This document shows, piece by piece, positions 1 through 12,971 of a DNA stretch of 63,432 bases. The stretch is from positions 5,766,001-5,829,432 of the forward strand of contig NC_089433.1 in the NCBI RefSeq assembly GCF_026210795.1, written 5' to 3'. Position numbers and translations under genes: made by a program. How positions within the stretch are numbered: the first letter of the stretch is position 1; each line of letters begins with the position of its first letter. Under the pieces are notes generated by a model. That model ran no database searches and was not told the origin of the DNA. It saw only the letters and a program-made list of their open reading frames with translations. The DNA is from Rhizophagus irregularis (taxonomy: Eukaryota).

Positions 1-657
1 TTTTATTGTAAACGAAATCTATGGAAGTAGCAATAACGATAACAATAATGATAATGATAAATTATCTGAAAAGAAAACGATCAAGAAAATATTTTCTAAA
101 CTAGAAAGTAAGGTATATTTAATCTATCAATATTAATATTTGAAGTCAAACTAACTATCGTGCATTCAACATTACTGTACCGTTAATACTTAACCAACCT
201 CATCACTTGAATGTAATTCATAATATAAGCATTACCATTACTCAGATAAATAGTAATAATGTTAACTTTAGTTGTACGCAGTAATTTTTTTAATAAATAA
301 ATAAACCCGTTTATTATTTAACGTTAAGGATATTTATTATTTTTAGATCATTGTGGAATATTCCGTCGTATTTTGAATTCAAATGATTTATCTAATGCTT
401 ATAAAAATAACATTTCTCTAAGTAATGTAATACAAGAAATAATTTTCGGATCACTTTTTGAAAAGTCTTATCATCATTCATTTAACGTTAATTATTTTAA
501 AATATTTAAAAATCTTATATTTTATTAGTTAGGTTTAAGATTATTTTTGTTTATTACTACATAAAATAAAATTTTATACTCAATATAAACAAATTATTGA
601 TCTTAAAATAAAAGTATTATATTTTTAATTTTCATATCACTAGGCTTTTTGAAAATG

Positions 658-895
658 GATCATAGCCACATAATTGTTTAAGCTTTGATATTCTAATTTC
701 TTAGTCGATTATAAATATTTTCTTAGTTTATGAACAGGTTTATTGATATTGATCATAGCCACATAATTGTGTGGCTTTGATATTCTAATTTCTCAGTCGA
801 TTATAAATATTCTCTTAATTTATGAACAGGCTTATTGATATTGTGTGGCTTTTGATATTCTAATTTCTCAGTCGATTATAAAGTTTCCCTTAATT
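658..895. repeat. Degenerate tandem repeat, ~70-93 bp unit, about 3 copies
   Basis: GATATTCTAATTTCT(C/T)AGTCGATTATAAA recurs three times; internal hairpin AGCCACATAATTGTGTGGCT. Confidence 0.8.
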
Positions 896-1667
896 TGAGT
901 TTTTTATGAACAACTGTTTTGGATGGATTTTTGGCTTCCTATTGCTATAGAAAGTTAAGAACCTGTCTAAAGCAAGTTTAAAGAATTTTATTTCTTATAA
1001 TTAACATCGAAAATATACTTTGTCCGCCACGTGATCATTGCCTAATGAAATCGCAAATATAAATTTTTCACTCTGGAGTTCTGGCAGAACGGTTCCAAGC
1101 AGGTTTGCGCATAATTGTTTCAGACCTTTCCTTTAGTAATAATTCTTACTGAATTATTATTACCTTTTTTAGGCTAAGGTTATCATAATTTCGGCCCAGA
1201 AAGAATGCGTGCATTTTACATCACATATCAATATAAAATTCCCAACATAGATGGAATTTATAATAATTACCACACAATTGAAGCTTTTATTCTTTTGTAA
1301 AAAAAAACTTATTGGAATTTGGAAAAATTAACTATTATACTTCAAATACTTGTAACAATGAAGTTAAAATATTTGAAAAATTTCTTAGAATATTTTGAAT
1401 AATTCATGAATTATGCAATGCAAATAATTTTTGGTGCATGTATGAATTTCAAAAAAGTGATTTTGTAGTCAAAAACACAATTGTTTTTGAAAAAATCGTT
1501 GTAATCAGATTGATTCCAAATTTCTTTCAAACATTTATAATAATTTAACATTAGAATAAATAAAATGTGAAATAGATTGGAATGAATATATAAAAATTAT
1601 AAAAAATGATTTTATTAAAAAATGTATTAGAAATAAGAAGGGAGTTTTGGAATGAAAAATTATACTA

Positions 1668-2465
1668 TAGTGCAGAACTTCTACTTATGTATAGTAACAA
1701 TTGATTAATTATAAATTTCTAAAAAAAAAATTTTTTTATATTAAAGTAAAAAATTTAACTGATAGTTTTTATAGATATGATCATTAGCTTTAAAAATTAT
1801 CAGTTATTTTTTTTCTAAATAAAATTTTGGCTAAGTTTTAGCTGTTTAAAAATCTGTAATTTAATTATACTGACCAAATTTAGTTAAAATTGAGACTAGT
1901 CTAATTTTTGCATTACAGATCTTTTTTAGCAACATTTAATATAATATTAATTGTTATTATACTTCAGATTTTTTTTCAATATGCTAAGAAGAAAAAAAAG
2001 TTCTAATATTGCAAAAAAAAAAAATTAATAAACAAAATTGTTTAAATATAGGTCAATTTAATGTTATAAATAATGATATTTAAAAGACAGTTTAGATGAT
2101 AAATTTATACACAAAAGAATTCAAAAACTAAAGTAATTTTACTTTAATTTGGTTAAAAAATGCACATAATAAAATATAAATCTCATTATCATATACCTGA
2201 TTTATCAGTTTATAATGAAATATAATAAACAAATATATTATATAAATTTTTATATCATATAATTAATAAAATCTTAATTTCTGATTGGCTAATATATGTA
2301 TCACGTGATGCTTACATAATCTAAAAATTGAGACTTTTTTTTTAATTTTTAAATCAATTCCTTTTAACAAATAGAATTCAATTCTTTTTATAAAATTAAA
2401 ATTCAATCATAGAATCAAATTTTATTTAAATTTTTTTAAGTTTCTATTATAGAGGTTCTGCACTG
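1668..2465. mobile_element. Non-autonomous Tc1/mariner(pogo)-like element
   Basis: Ends TAGTGCAGAACTTCTA ... TAGAGGTTCTGCACTG form an imperfect 16-bp TIR, flanked by TA on both sides; no ORF. Confidence 0.65.
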
Positions 2466-2609
2466 TAGTTTAATTTATTATGCGAGATTCTTTAAATAAG
2501 TCAATAATTAACGTTAATATAATTGATTTTAACTTCTTTATACCAAAGTTAAACATATTAACTTACGTTTTCTTTTTTCACAAAATACTATTAAAATTAA
2601 CGTAATACC

Positions 2610-2763
2610 TATATCTGATAAAAAAGTACAAGGCTGTACTTTGACTGTGATACATAATATTGTATGTATTACAGAATGTGGATTTTAATAAAAAAGTACA
2701 AACCTTGTCCTTTTTTCTTTGTAAAAACAAAGTACAACCTTGTACTTTTTTTTATCAGATATA
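2610..2763. mobile_element. Small MITE-like inverted repeat
   Basis: TATATCTGATAAAAAAGTACAAGG ... CCTTGTACTTTTTTTTATCAGATATA; internal AAAGTACAA repeats. Confidence 0.6.
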
Positions 2764-2940
2764 AGTACAAGTTTTTTTTATCACATTTTATTTATATGGA
2801 TTTATTTTTGTATGATACGTTCAAATTTTTCCTTTCAAATACCTCATCCGTTCACTCCATAAAATTTTAAATACTTGTTATTTTTCAATATGTCTTCATT
2901 AATGAATCTGTCTTTTAAACAAATATGCACAGAAATTACT

Positions 2941-3322
2941 TTTAAAAATGACCTCGCATTGACCCACAATAGAACCTTTAAAAGTGACCTCACGTTGACC
3001 AGCGCGAGGGAACCTTTTTAAAAGTTACCTCGCATTGAAACGTGCGAAGGAACCTTTTCTTTAAAAAGTTACCTCGCATTGAAACGTGCGAGGGAACCTT
3101 TCCTTTAAAAGTTACCTCACATTGAAACGTGTGAGGAAACCTTTTTAAAAGTTACCTCACGTTAACCCGCGCAAGGGAACCTTTTTAAAAGTTACCTCGC
3201 ATTGAAACGCGCGAGGGAACCTTTTCTTTAAAAAGTTACCTCACATTGAAACGCGCGAGGGAACCTTTTTAAAAGTGACCTTACATTGAAACGCGCGAGG
3301 GTACCTTTTTAAAAATGACCTT
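2941..3322. repeat. Minisatellite, 41-44 bp hairpin-forming unit, ~9 copies
   Basis: Unit AAAAGTTACCTCGCATTGAAACGCGCGAGGGAACCTTTT repeated head-to-tail without spacers. Confidence 0.9.
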
Positions 3323-3517
3323 GCCATTATAAATTTTGACATTAAAAATAAAAATTTATTTTAAATTCTTCAGAATCAAAATGGTCCAACTTCTCTTTAA
3401 ACACAAAAAAAATGTAAAATACATGTAAGTTGTAAGTATAAGATTGTAATATAGTACTGATATCGGTATATGATATTTAAGATAAACCATTTTTTTTAGA
3501 AAAAGAAAGTCAATGTT

Positions 3518-4507
3518 TAGAGCTCCGAATGGGTCAGGTCAAGTCAGGTTAATTGATAAACCTGACCTGAAATTTTTTTTCAGGTCAGGTCAGGTCAGGT
3601 TATATCAGGTTGTCTGTTTGACCTGACCTGACCTGAAACCTGATTAAGTATTGAAAAAAAACGGTACAAAACTTTTTTTTTTTTAATATAACATTATGAA
3701 AAAAATGTTTTCGCAACGTTATTATTGAAATATCAAAAAAAAAATGTTACGAAACATTTTTTTAATATAATATTATGAAAAAACGTTTTCGCAACGTTTT
3801 TTCTCGAAATATTGCGATTCAACATTTTTATATTAAAATCATATAAAAAAGTGAATCCCAATACTGCAATTCACTTTTTTTATATAGAATTAATATAAAA
3901 AAAGTGAGTTGCGGTATTGCGATTCACTTTTTTATATTGATTTTGTATAAAAAAAGTGAGTTGCGGTATTGCGATTCACTTTTTTATATTGATTTCATAT
4001 AATAAAAGTGAGTTGCGGTATTGCGATTCACTTTTTTATATTGATTTCATATAATAAAAGTGAGTTGCGGTATTGCAATTCACTTTTTTATATTGATTTC
4101 ATATAATAAAAGTGAGTTGCGGTATTGCGATTCACTTTTTTATATAGATTCTATATAAAAAAAGTGAGTTGCGGTATTGCAATTCACTTTTTTTATATAG
4201 AATTAATATAAAAAAGTGAATCCCAATATCGCAACTCACTTTTATTATACGAAATCAATATAAAAAAGTGAATCGCAATACCGCAACTCACTTTTTTTAT
4301 ATAGAATCTATATAAAAAAGTGAATCGCAATACTGCAACTCACTTTTATTATATAGTAGAATCAATAGTTTCAGGTTAACAGGTCAATCAGGTCAGGTCA
4401 ATCTTCATACCTGACCTGAATTTTTTTTAAAAATCTCATACCTGACCTGAATTTCAGGTCAGGTCAGGTCAGGTTACCTGAATTTGGCTGACCTGTTCGG
4501 AGCTCTA
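3518..4507. mobile_element. hAT-like non-autonomous element (990 bp)
   Basis: 12-bp TIR TAGAGCTCCGAA/TTCGGAGCTCTA; 8-bp TSD TCAATGTT (3510-3517, 4508-4515); subterminal (CAGGT)n repeats; internal ~53-bp repeat AAAAGTGAGTTGCGGTATTGCGATTCACTTTT in both orientations. Confidence 0.92.
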
Positions 4508-5268
4508 TCAATGTTAAATTTTAAGCCTTACAAACTTTTTAAATTATATTTCTATTTAGGAAATCATAAATCGTGAAAGTACGTTGCGTATTACTTCAAC
4601 AATCTAGCTGAGTCGTTATCTTGTTGACCTAATATTAAAGCGTGGAAATCTATGGTAAATCCATCACGTAATGAATCAACAAGTTAAATATACACAACTT
4701 TGTGTAATCTATTTGTATTAAATGACGCATTTATATATGTCAAATGAACGCTCATATTTTTACTTTAAAGCTTTTTTTTAAAGAAAACTAATTAATATAA
4801 ACAGTGAATGCGCTGGGTGTGATGCTGAAGCCATTTTGAGTTGGAAAATCACGTAATCTTTTGATTCTCTTAGAGCTTATCATCGATTTGTTAATATTTA
4901 TGATACAAGATTTTATCAGCTTCACATAAAATATTTATGATACAAGATAAAGAATTTTTTAACTAAAACAAAATTGCACAATTAAGTAAAATTAAGTTAT
5001 CTCTGAATGCTACCTGAAATTGTGTATTTTAGATTTAGCCTTTATTAATTTTAGATTTTTATAGAAATATTGTGATCTCTATATTATATTTCATATTAAA
5101 CCAATTAGTACTAATTATTTGTTGAATTAAAATATTTTGTTAAACATATTGATATTTAAAAATTCATAAAATGTTTTAATTAAAATACTTGTGTCAATTG
5201 TTGATTTATGGCATAAACTAGTTAAATTAAAATGGCAAGATAACTATAGATTTATTTATTGTTTGACT

Positions 5269-5501
5269 AGGACCCAGAAATATATATAAAAGGGTCAGGT
5301 TTGAGTTTGCGTATTTTGAACTAAAAAAGTCATGAAAATCTTTCCTTTTTTAGATAATTTTTGATAATGCCAGTCAGACTTTTATTTCCTATTATAGTAA
5401 CCGACTGGCATTATCATAATTCTGGCCCTGAAAAAATGCGTACAGCTCATAGTAAAAAATTTTTTTCATCACCTGACCCCTATATATATATTTCTGGTCC
5501 T
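5269..5501. mobile_element. MITE with 8-bp TSD
   Basis: AGGACCCAGAAATATATATAAAAGGGTCAGGT ... ACCTGACCCCTATATATATATTTCTGGTCCT; GTTTGACT duplicated at 5261-5268 and 5502-5509. Confidence 0.8.
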
Positions 5502-5549
5502 GTTTGACTTATTGTTAGACATTATTGACATATAAAATAATAATAACTC

Positions 5550-6190
5550 TGAAAAATATGATTCAATTATATATGAATTATGCTGTTTGTCACAATGCAG
5601 ACACTATTTTATTCTGCAATAGATTCAAAAATTTCTAAAATTTTAAATAAGCGATTTGTTTTTTTGTGATACTTCCACGATGTTAACTGAATTTGTGAGA
5701 ATATTTCTCAATTGAGCTTTTTGTCACAATGCGAACACTTACGCTTTCGGTTAAATTAAAATACAAATTCTAATTTTTGTAACTTCAATCAAAATTAAAT
5801 CTAAAACAATTTGAAAAATATGATTCAATTATATGTGAAGTAGGCTGTCTGTCAAAATGCAGATACTTACGCTTTTACCTAATTTTGCAATGAATCCACA
5901 AATTTTTAAAATTTAAAACAAAGCGATTTGTTTTCTTGTGATTCTTTCACAATATTAATCGTATTTGCGAGAATTTTTTTCAATTAAGCTATTTATCACG
6001 ATGCAAACACTTACGCTTTCACCTAAATTAAAATGCAAATTCTAATTTCTATAATTTAAATTAAATTTAAATTTAAATAAATATGACTTAAACATATAAT
6101 GATAAATATAAGAAATACGATACAATTATAAATTATGTGAATTGAGCTGTCTGTCACAATGCAAACACTTATACTTTTACCTAATTATGT
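5550..6190. repeat. Degenerate tandem repeat (~265-300 bp higher-order unit of ~135 bp subunits)
   Basis: GCTGTCTGTCACAATGCARACACTTACGCTTT-like motif recurs five times; GAAAAATATGATTCAATTATAT recurs. Confidence 0.7.
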
Positions 6191-6320
6191 TTAAAATGTA
6201 TTTTTTCAAAAATTTTACTTGGATTTATTAATTTAAGGAATATAAATAAATGTATTAAAAGTTTAAGACAAAAAAAAAGATAAAACAAAAAAGATTTTTT
6301 ATTTTAAGACTAGTCAGGAG

Positions 6321-6564
6321 TAAGGTTGCTTGTCTAAACCTCTTCAAAATCCTACGATTAGTTTTGTCAAAATTTTACTATAGATTTATTATAGTTTCGG
6401 CAGAGTTTCGGCAGTTTCAGCATTTATAATAAGTTTCGGCAGTTTCGCCTTTCTCCAAAGTTTCGCCAGTTTTTTAATATAACTTTAATATAGTTTCAGC
6501 AGAATTTCGCTTTTCGGCAAAACACCATCTTGCCTAAACCCCTAGGTTTCGGCAAGCAACCTTA
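6321..6564 (+). mobile_element. 244-bp hAT-like MITE, copy 1
   Basis: TIR TAAGGTTGCTTG/CAAGCAACCTTA; 8-bp TSD GTCAGGAG; internal GTTTCGGC repeats. Confidence 0.95.
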
Positions 6565-6574
6565 GTCAGGAGAG

Positions 6575-7135
6575 TATATATATATATATTTTTTTTCAGG
6601 AAGAAGTAACCAATGAAGAGTACATAATAGAAGTAACAACTATTTCTAGCGGATAACTATATTATTATGAATGCTGAGGTTATATATCCCTTCAACAGTA
6701 CCTTACCCTCTGGGCGAAACTACGCTAACAGTAAAACAACACTACTGACAATGGGAAAATGAGAAAAGATAAAATATAAAACGCTCCTAACAATAAATCT
6801 ATATAAAAAAATTAGTAAGTTATCAGTAGATGTTAGAGTATGGTAAAAAAATGCTCGTCGGACTTATATGTGAAATAAAAATAAATTGTGAAAATATTGA
6901 AGTGAGTTTGTGACAGATCGTTGTTAAGAGATGATAACCATGGTAAGTTGTGTAGAAAATTTGAGGACGTGAGGTATATCCATTAATTGTTATTTTCATT
7001 ATGTCTTCTGGAGTCATTTAGCGGGCAATGATAGTGATCGTAATAATTTGTATTGTTGAGAGATCATCTTCTTTTAAAAGAATCCCGTTGTTTTAATTTT
7101 TGGCTTTTTTAAATAATACACTGCACAACTGGCAA
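6575..7135 (-). mobile_element. 5'-truncated non-LTR retrotransposon (ORF2 C-terminus + 3'UTR + A-tail)
   Basis: Minus strand reads WIYLTSSNFLHNLPWLSSL, homologous to WLILCTCNFLHSGGWLSSV at the end of the full LINE ORF2 in this window; ends CTG + A-run. Confidence 0.75.
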
Positions 7136-8371
7136 TAAAAAGTACTTACGTAGACAGGTAGACAACTACAGAAAATTTATTTTTATTTATTTACGTCAAT
7201 AATGTTTAGAAATTGAATAAATTATACTAGTTGCCATAATTAGAGTAATCCAAACCAACTATCCAATACTCTTGTTATCACAAACTTTATGTTATTTAAA
7301 TTATTAATGTATAAAATAAATCAAAAATCTAATTTTATTTTTGAACAAATTCGAACTCTTGCAATTTTGAATTACATGATCAGATAATATTAATAATAAA
7401 ATCAATAATAATGCTTTTATAGTCTTTAACTACCAACTGAAGCTTCTCAATTTATCAAAATATTTTTGATTTGATATGTTAGTTAGAAATATCTCAAATA
7501 AAACTGAAGTGTAAATAAATTTAAAGTATCCAAATTATCACATTGTGAAATCCAGCCTAAAGAATTTATACGAATTATTCGAGAATCAACAAATTCAATT
7601 TATATTTAATAAGTGTTTTCTTTTAATTAATGCTTCCTCAATTTCAATATAAACATCGTCAATTCCATATAACAATTGAATTTCAAGATTTTGTTGCAAT
7701 TCAAAGTAGAAATTTTTAGATCGTAACCTAAGTTCCAGCTAAAAAATTCATATATTTAATATTTTCTGCAATATTAAGCAAATAACAAATAACAATTACT
7801 TACATTTTTTAAATTATTACAAACAACGTTAATTACAAAAAATTTTAAATTGCACTATTGCTCTTACATAACCATTTTTTTTTTATTATAAAAAAGTCTC
7901 GTCAACATAATTTCTGTCCAATAACGAAATATTATGATACATTTGTGAATATGATAAAAAATTTAGCAGGGAGAATAACAATATTAGATTTAGCTAAATC
8001 CATTCAAACATCTGGCCAATAAAATTCAGAATTAATCACGTGACATGAAATCACAAAAATAATTTTTAATATTATCGAGTCGAATAATAAAATTTGAACA
8101 TAATCCTGCACAAAGACACCTTCCAAAGTAACCTCGCAAAGATCCTGCGTGAAATAACCTTACAAAATGTTCTAATTTTATTTTGCGAAAAAGTTTAATA
8201 TGGCTATCTAATATCTGGTATAGAGTATAGACACTTAATTAATAAACTTCAAAATTATGAAAAATTAAATACTTATAACCACAATAATAATTACAAAAAT
8301 GTTTAAAATAAAAAAATATAAACAGTTATAAAAATTGCAATAAAGAAATTTATTTCACATGTTAAAAATCG

Positions 8372-9192
8372 TTATACATCCTCATCATTATCACTTTCTT
8401 CTATATTTTCTATATTTAATTCTTTTAAAAGTTCATCCCATTTTTCATTTTTTATGTCAAGTAAATAAGATGGTCCAATATCACAAACTTGCCATTTTCT
8501 TTTTACACAACTTTTAGCTATTATATAAAAACGATTTGATAATGTTTTGATTCTAGTTCTTTTTTTCTTATTATTGATTAAATCAATTATTATTTTCTTG
8601 ACAAATTTTTTATCGTTATAATATCTTAAAAAATAAAGATTTAGTAAATTCCTATAATAAGACACACCTTTACTTCGATTATTTAAAATATCTAAAATAT
8701 TTCCAATTTTAATTTTAATTTCAAACTCTTCGAGTACTTTTTGAAATCCAGAAAACTCTTCGAATATTTCAATATCATCTTCGACATTTACTTTATTATA
8801 ATTTAAAAACGTGCGAAATTTATCGTAAATCTCAATTTGTGTCGCTTTCCCTCTACTTTTAATTTTATAATTTTTTTTACGTTTTATTTGTCGTACAATT
8901 TGCTTAAACGTATCATCTAATTAATAATAAAAAAAAGAAAAAAAAATTAATAAAAATAATTAATAATAATATAATTATAAAAACAATTGTTATAATTACC
9001 AAAAAATGATTCCGCATTTAATATTTTAGTAAATTCATTAAGGTCAGAGTCTACCCACTCATTATTTTTTTTTTCATAAAAATTGCCTTTAAAATAAGCA
9101 TTATTGTTACTAACAATAGTAGTTTCATTATTTTGTGATAATTTTGTTAGTAAACCTTTGTCATTTGATGAGAGACTTTGCGTATTCATCAT
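8372..9192 (-). CDS. Intact two-exon hypothetical protein (245 aa)
   Basis: Exon1 9192-9000, GT-AG intron 8999-8917, exon2 8916-8372; spliced frame is open (MMNTQSLSS...FF/DDTFKQIVRQIKRK...DIGPSYLLDIKNEKWDELLKEL...). Confidence 0.65.
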
Positions 9193-9608
9193 TAAAGTAC
9201 GGATGTGGAAATACTTGTGGAAATTCAAACTATATTTATACAAAAAATAATTTTTAAAAATGACGTAATTTTAAGGGGCAAACAATTACTAACCATGTGT
9301 CCATGTCACGCGATTTCAGTGGAAGAATTATTGAATTGTAGTCACATTACAAAACTTTTTGCTTTTACCACAAATTCGGAAGTAATCTCTTTTAAATAAA
9401 AGTTGGTGAAAGTTTCTAAAGATTTCGTGTTTAAAAAATTTCAATTAAAATCACGTGTCATGAAACTTTACGTCAAACACGTGATTCAAGTAAACATTTT
9501 TTTTATTGGTGTTCTAAACCAGTTGGAAATTTGCTTTTTGGGCGTAAACAAAATATTATTTAAACCACTCTATTAAGTCTACAAAATTTGATTACAACTT
9601 TCGTTAAT

Positions 9609-11400
9609 ATGGAGATACTTATTAATACTTATATCGCCGAAATTAATGAATATAAAAGTAAAATAAATGATTTAAATAATAAAAATATTCAATTATCCAA
9701 TCTTTTAATCGATATTCAAAAAAATACCAATTTAAATCTCGACAAAGCTCAAGAAAATGTCAGTTCAAAAGGCAAAATTGCTAATTATCGTAAAGAAATT
9801 GAATTTCTTACACAAGTTATAGATTCTTTGAAACATAAAAATGGTGACCTAAATAATAATATCAAAGCTCTTACGATTGCTAACGAAAAATTGATGAATG
9901 ATTTTGTTGTTGTTACCGATAATTATAAACTAGCTATCGGTAACCAAAATGCTTATAAAAAATATATCAAAGATCTTACAACTGTTAAAGAAAAATTGGA
10001 ACTTGAAAATCAACAATATAAGGAAAATATTGATAAGATTACATCTGATAATGACAAATTAAAAGAATCAATCTATAATCTGAATGAAAATGTCAAAGCT
10101 CTGGAATTCGATAATTACAATTTGGAAAATAATTTTATCGTTGTTAACGATAATTTAATTGTAGCTGTCAATAATCAAAAAAAAAAATGAGCTTGAAAAT
10201 CAATAATTAATGAAGATTATTGATAAGATTACATCTGAAAATGACAAATTAAAAGAGTCAGTCTTTAATCTGAATGAAAATGTCAAAGCTCTGGAACTCG
10301 ATAATTACAATTTGAAAAATAATTTTAATGTTGTTAACGATAATTTAAAAGTAGCTGTCGATAATCAAAAAAAATATGAATGCAAAAATCAATAATTAAA
10401 GGAAATTATTGATAAGATTACATCTGAAAATGACAAATTAAAAGAGTCAGTCTTTAATCTGAATGAAAATGTCAAAGTTCTGGAACTCGATAATTACAAT
10501 TTGAAAAATAATTATAATGTTGTTAACGATAATTTAAAAGTAGCTGTCAATAATCAAAAAAAATATGAACTCGAAAATTAAAAATTAAAGAAAAATATTG
10601 ATAAGTTTGCATTAGATAACGACAAATTAAAAGTAGTAGTAATTGATTTAAAAGAAAATGTCAAAGATCTTATAACTGTTAAAGATATATTACAATGCGA
10701 AAATCAAAATTTAAAAGAAAATATTGTTAACGCTACTTTTGAAAATGACAAATTAAAAGTAATAATCGATAATTTAAATGATAATATCAAAAGTCTTACA
10801 AACGTTAACAATGAATTGGGACTCAAAAATCTAACATTAAAGGGAAATTTTGAAAATGGTATTAATGACCTAAAATTATATATTGCAGATCTTACAACTG
10901 TTAACAACAAATTGGGACTCGAAAATTGCAAAGTAAAAGATGACTTTACTGCTATTAACGACTATTTAAATGTAGTCATCGATAATCAAAAAGTATATAA
11001 GGCATTTATCAAAGATCTTACAACTGTTAAAGATACATTACAATTATACTTCTCCGCTAATTAATTACGTCATATTTCGGCGAACAAACCAATTCACTAT
11101 TTATTATAAAATTACTATGAATTAATTACGTCTGTCAAAATACATTACGTCTGTCAAAATAAATTTAATTAGTATTTTGTCATTTTGACGAAAAGTATAA
11201 TTACAATGTGAAAATCAAAAATTAAAAGAAAATATTGGTAATCATTTAGTTGTTAACGACAATTATGAAGTGGTAATTAAAAGGTTGAGAGAAGAGAATT
11301 TGCTTTACACTGGTTTTATGAGAGTGAAAAAACTAAAGGAATAGAATTTAATAAAGAGTTCAAAAATTTTAAGAGAAATTGTGACAAGAAAAATGGTTGA
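9609..11400 (+). pseudogene. Coiled-coil protein pseudogene with ~189-bp (63-codon) internal repeats
   Basis: ATTGATAAG(A/T)TT recurs at ~10030, 10220, 10408, 10597; heptad-rich ORF fragments broken by frameshift, stops and a MITE. Confidence 0.7.
11045..11199. mobile_element. 155-bp hAT-like MITE inserted in coiled-coil gene
   Basis: Ends TATACTTCTCCG ... GACGAAAAGTATA; 8-bp TSD ATTACAAT (11037-11044, 11200-11207); the paralogous empty site is visible at ~10681-10726. Confidence 0.8.
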
Positions 11401-11590
11401 TTTAGTTAGAGTGAAAATCGTTACTTTTTTAAAAATTATATTCAAAGAGATAGTTCAGCTCGTTTATTTTATGAATTTTATTGATTAGAAGAAATTGACT
11501 ATTTGACAATGAAAAAAATAAAATTTATTTTAGTTTGAAATATATCAAACACTCCATCTTATTTACAGTTTAAATAATTTGAATTAAAAT

Positions 11591-12200
11591 TTATTTATTT
11601 ATTTATTTATTTTATTTCAGAGAGGAGAAACCTATTACTAATACATAAAAGAAGTTAACAACTATAAAAGTAAATAACTATACAATTAATCGTGTTGTGG
11701 TTACAATCCCATAGACAGGTTCTCACCCTGTCTGCAGGATACCCTCCGGGTTACACTATTCTAACAGTAAAACTACGCTACTGATAAAGAGATCGAACAT
11801 AAAAAAAAATCTAGGATCCTAAGAAAAGAAATTAGTAGTAACGAATAGTAGGTAGTCTAGTTAGGAAAGGTCATGATTATTGGGCTTATATGTGAAATAA
11901 AAATAAATCTTTGAATATTTGTGAATGAATTTGAGATAAATCGTCATTTAAAGATGACAACCAAGTTAGGTTATATAAAAAGTTGGATGAAGTTAAGTGT
12001 ATCCATAAGTTATTGTTGTCAATTAACCTTCTGGAATCATTTAGAGGGTAATGATATCCATTTTATCATTTGTGGATCTCTTGCTGAAATTGCGTTGCTG
12101 TCTGTGAGATTCTCACTGAAAATTTTTATGGTAATCAATAAAAGATTTTTTTGTTATATTATGTAATTTTTTGGATTCTTTCTATTTAATAACTCTTTGC
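11591..12200 (-). mobile_element. 5'-truncated non-LTR retrotransposon, same family as 6575-7135
   Basis: Minus strand WIHLTSSNFLYNLTWLSSLNDDLSQ; shared 3'UTR words with the 6.6-7.1 kb copy; tail CTG + (AAAT)n. Confidence 0.75.
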
Positions 12201-12971
12201 GAATTTTTTAAAAAATTAACAAACTATAATTTGTAAATCTTCGATTTGATCCTCCACCAATTTATGAAAGAGACAAACCTAATTTTAGCAGAATGTAGTC
12301 ACATCCAACGGTTTACTATTTCCATAAAATTCCAAGCATTTTAATTTTTTACAATTCTTCAATAAAAAAAATAAAGCAGGAAAATTTACAACATCTATAG
12401 TAGCTCACAATTTGGTTAAATTTCATAATGCAATGAAATCTCTAAGCGTTTCCAATTTCAATATAAAAAGCTCTATTACATATAACAAATATTTCTAATT
12501 TTTGGATCATGATCTAAATTCATAATTATCGCTATAAATACATTTGAATTTATTAAATTAGTCAATTCTAAACTAACAATATGTATAACAATCAAATTCA
12601 AATACGAAATCCAAGGATTTTAAACTAGCATACGGACATTATTTTGATAATTTTTTTGCTGAAGCATCTCATGGTCAATTTTATCCAAAATCAGAACTAA
12701 CATATAGTTGATAACAACATCAATCTTGATAAATTAGGTAAAGTTGCATTGGATAGAAATTGATAAAGTATTATCTCGAACATGATTATACTGTTTATGA
12801 TGTATATAATGGACTATACAGTCTACTCTACGTAATGTATGATGTAGTGTTTCTGGAGTCATAATTTAGAATGGGTATTTTATTTTCAAGGTATTCTTAT
12901 TTTTAATTTAAATAAGCAAAATTTTTCATTTTTTACCACCCAATTATTTTACAATTTAACTTCAATCAAAA

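Noticed and set aside
2941..3322. CRISPR-like palindromic repeats
   Set aside because: Units are contiguous with no unique spacers, no cas genes, eukaryotic context
7250..7880. F-box/LRR gene on minus strand (similar relics near 12.2-12.5, 18.3-18.6 and 21.4-21.9 kb)
   Set aside because: Too degraded to define frames or boundaries reliably
6823..12166. ORFs 6823-7017 and 11921-12166 as genes
   Set aside because: Off-frame or antisense readings of LINE ORF2 C-terminal relics
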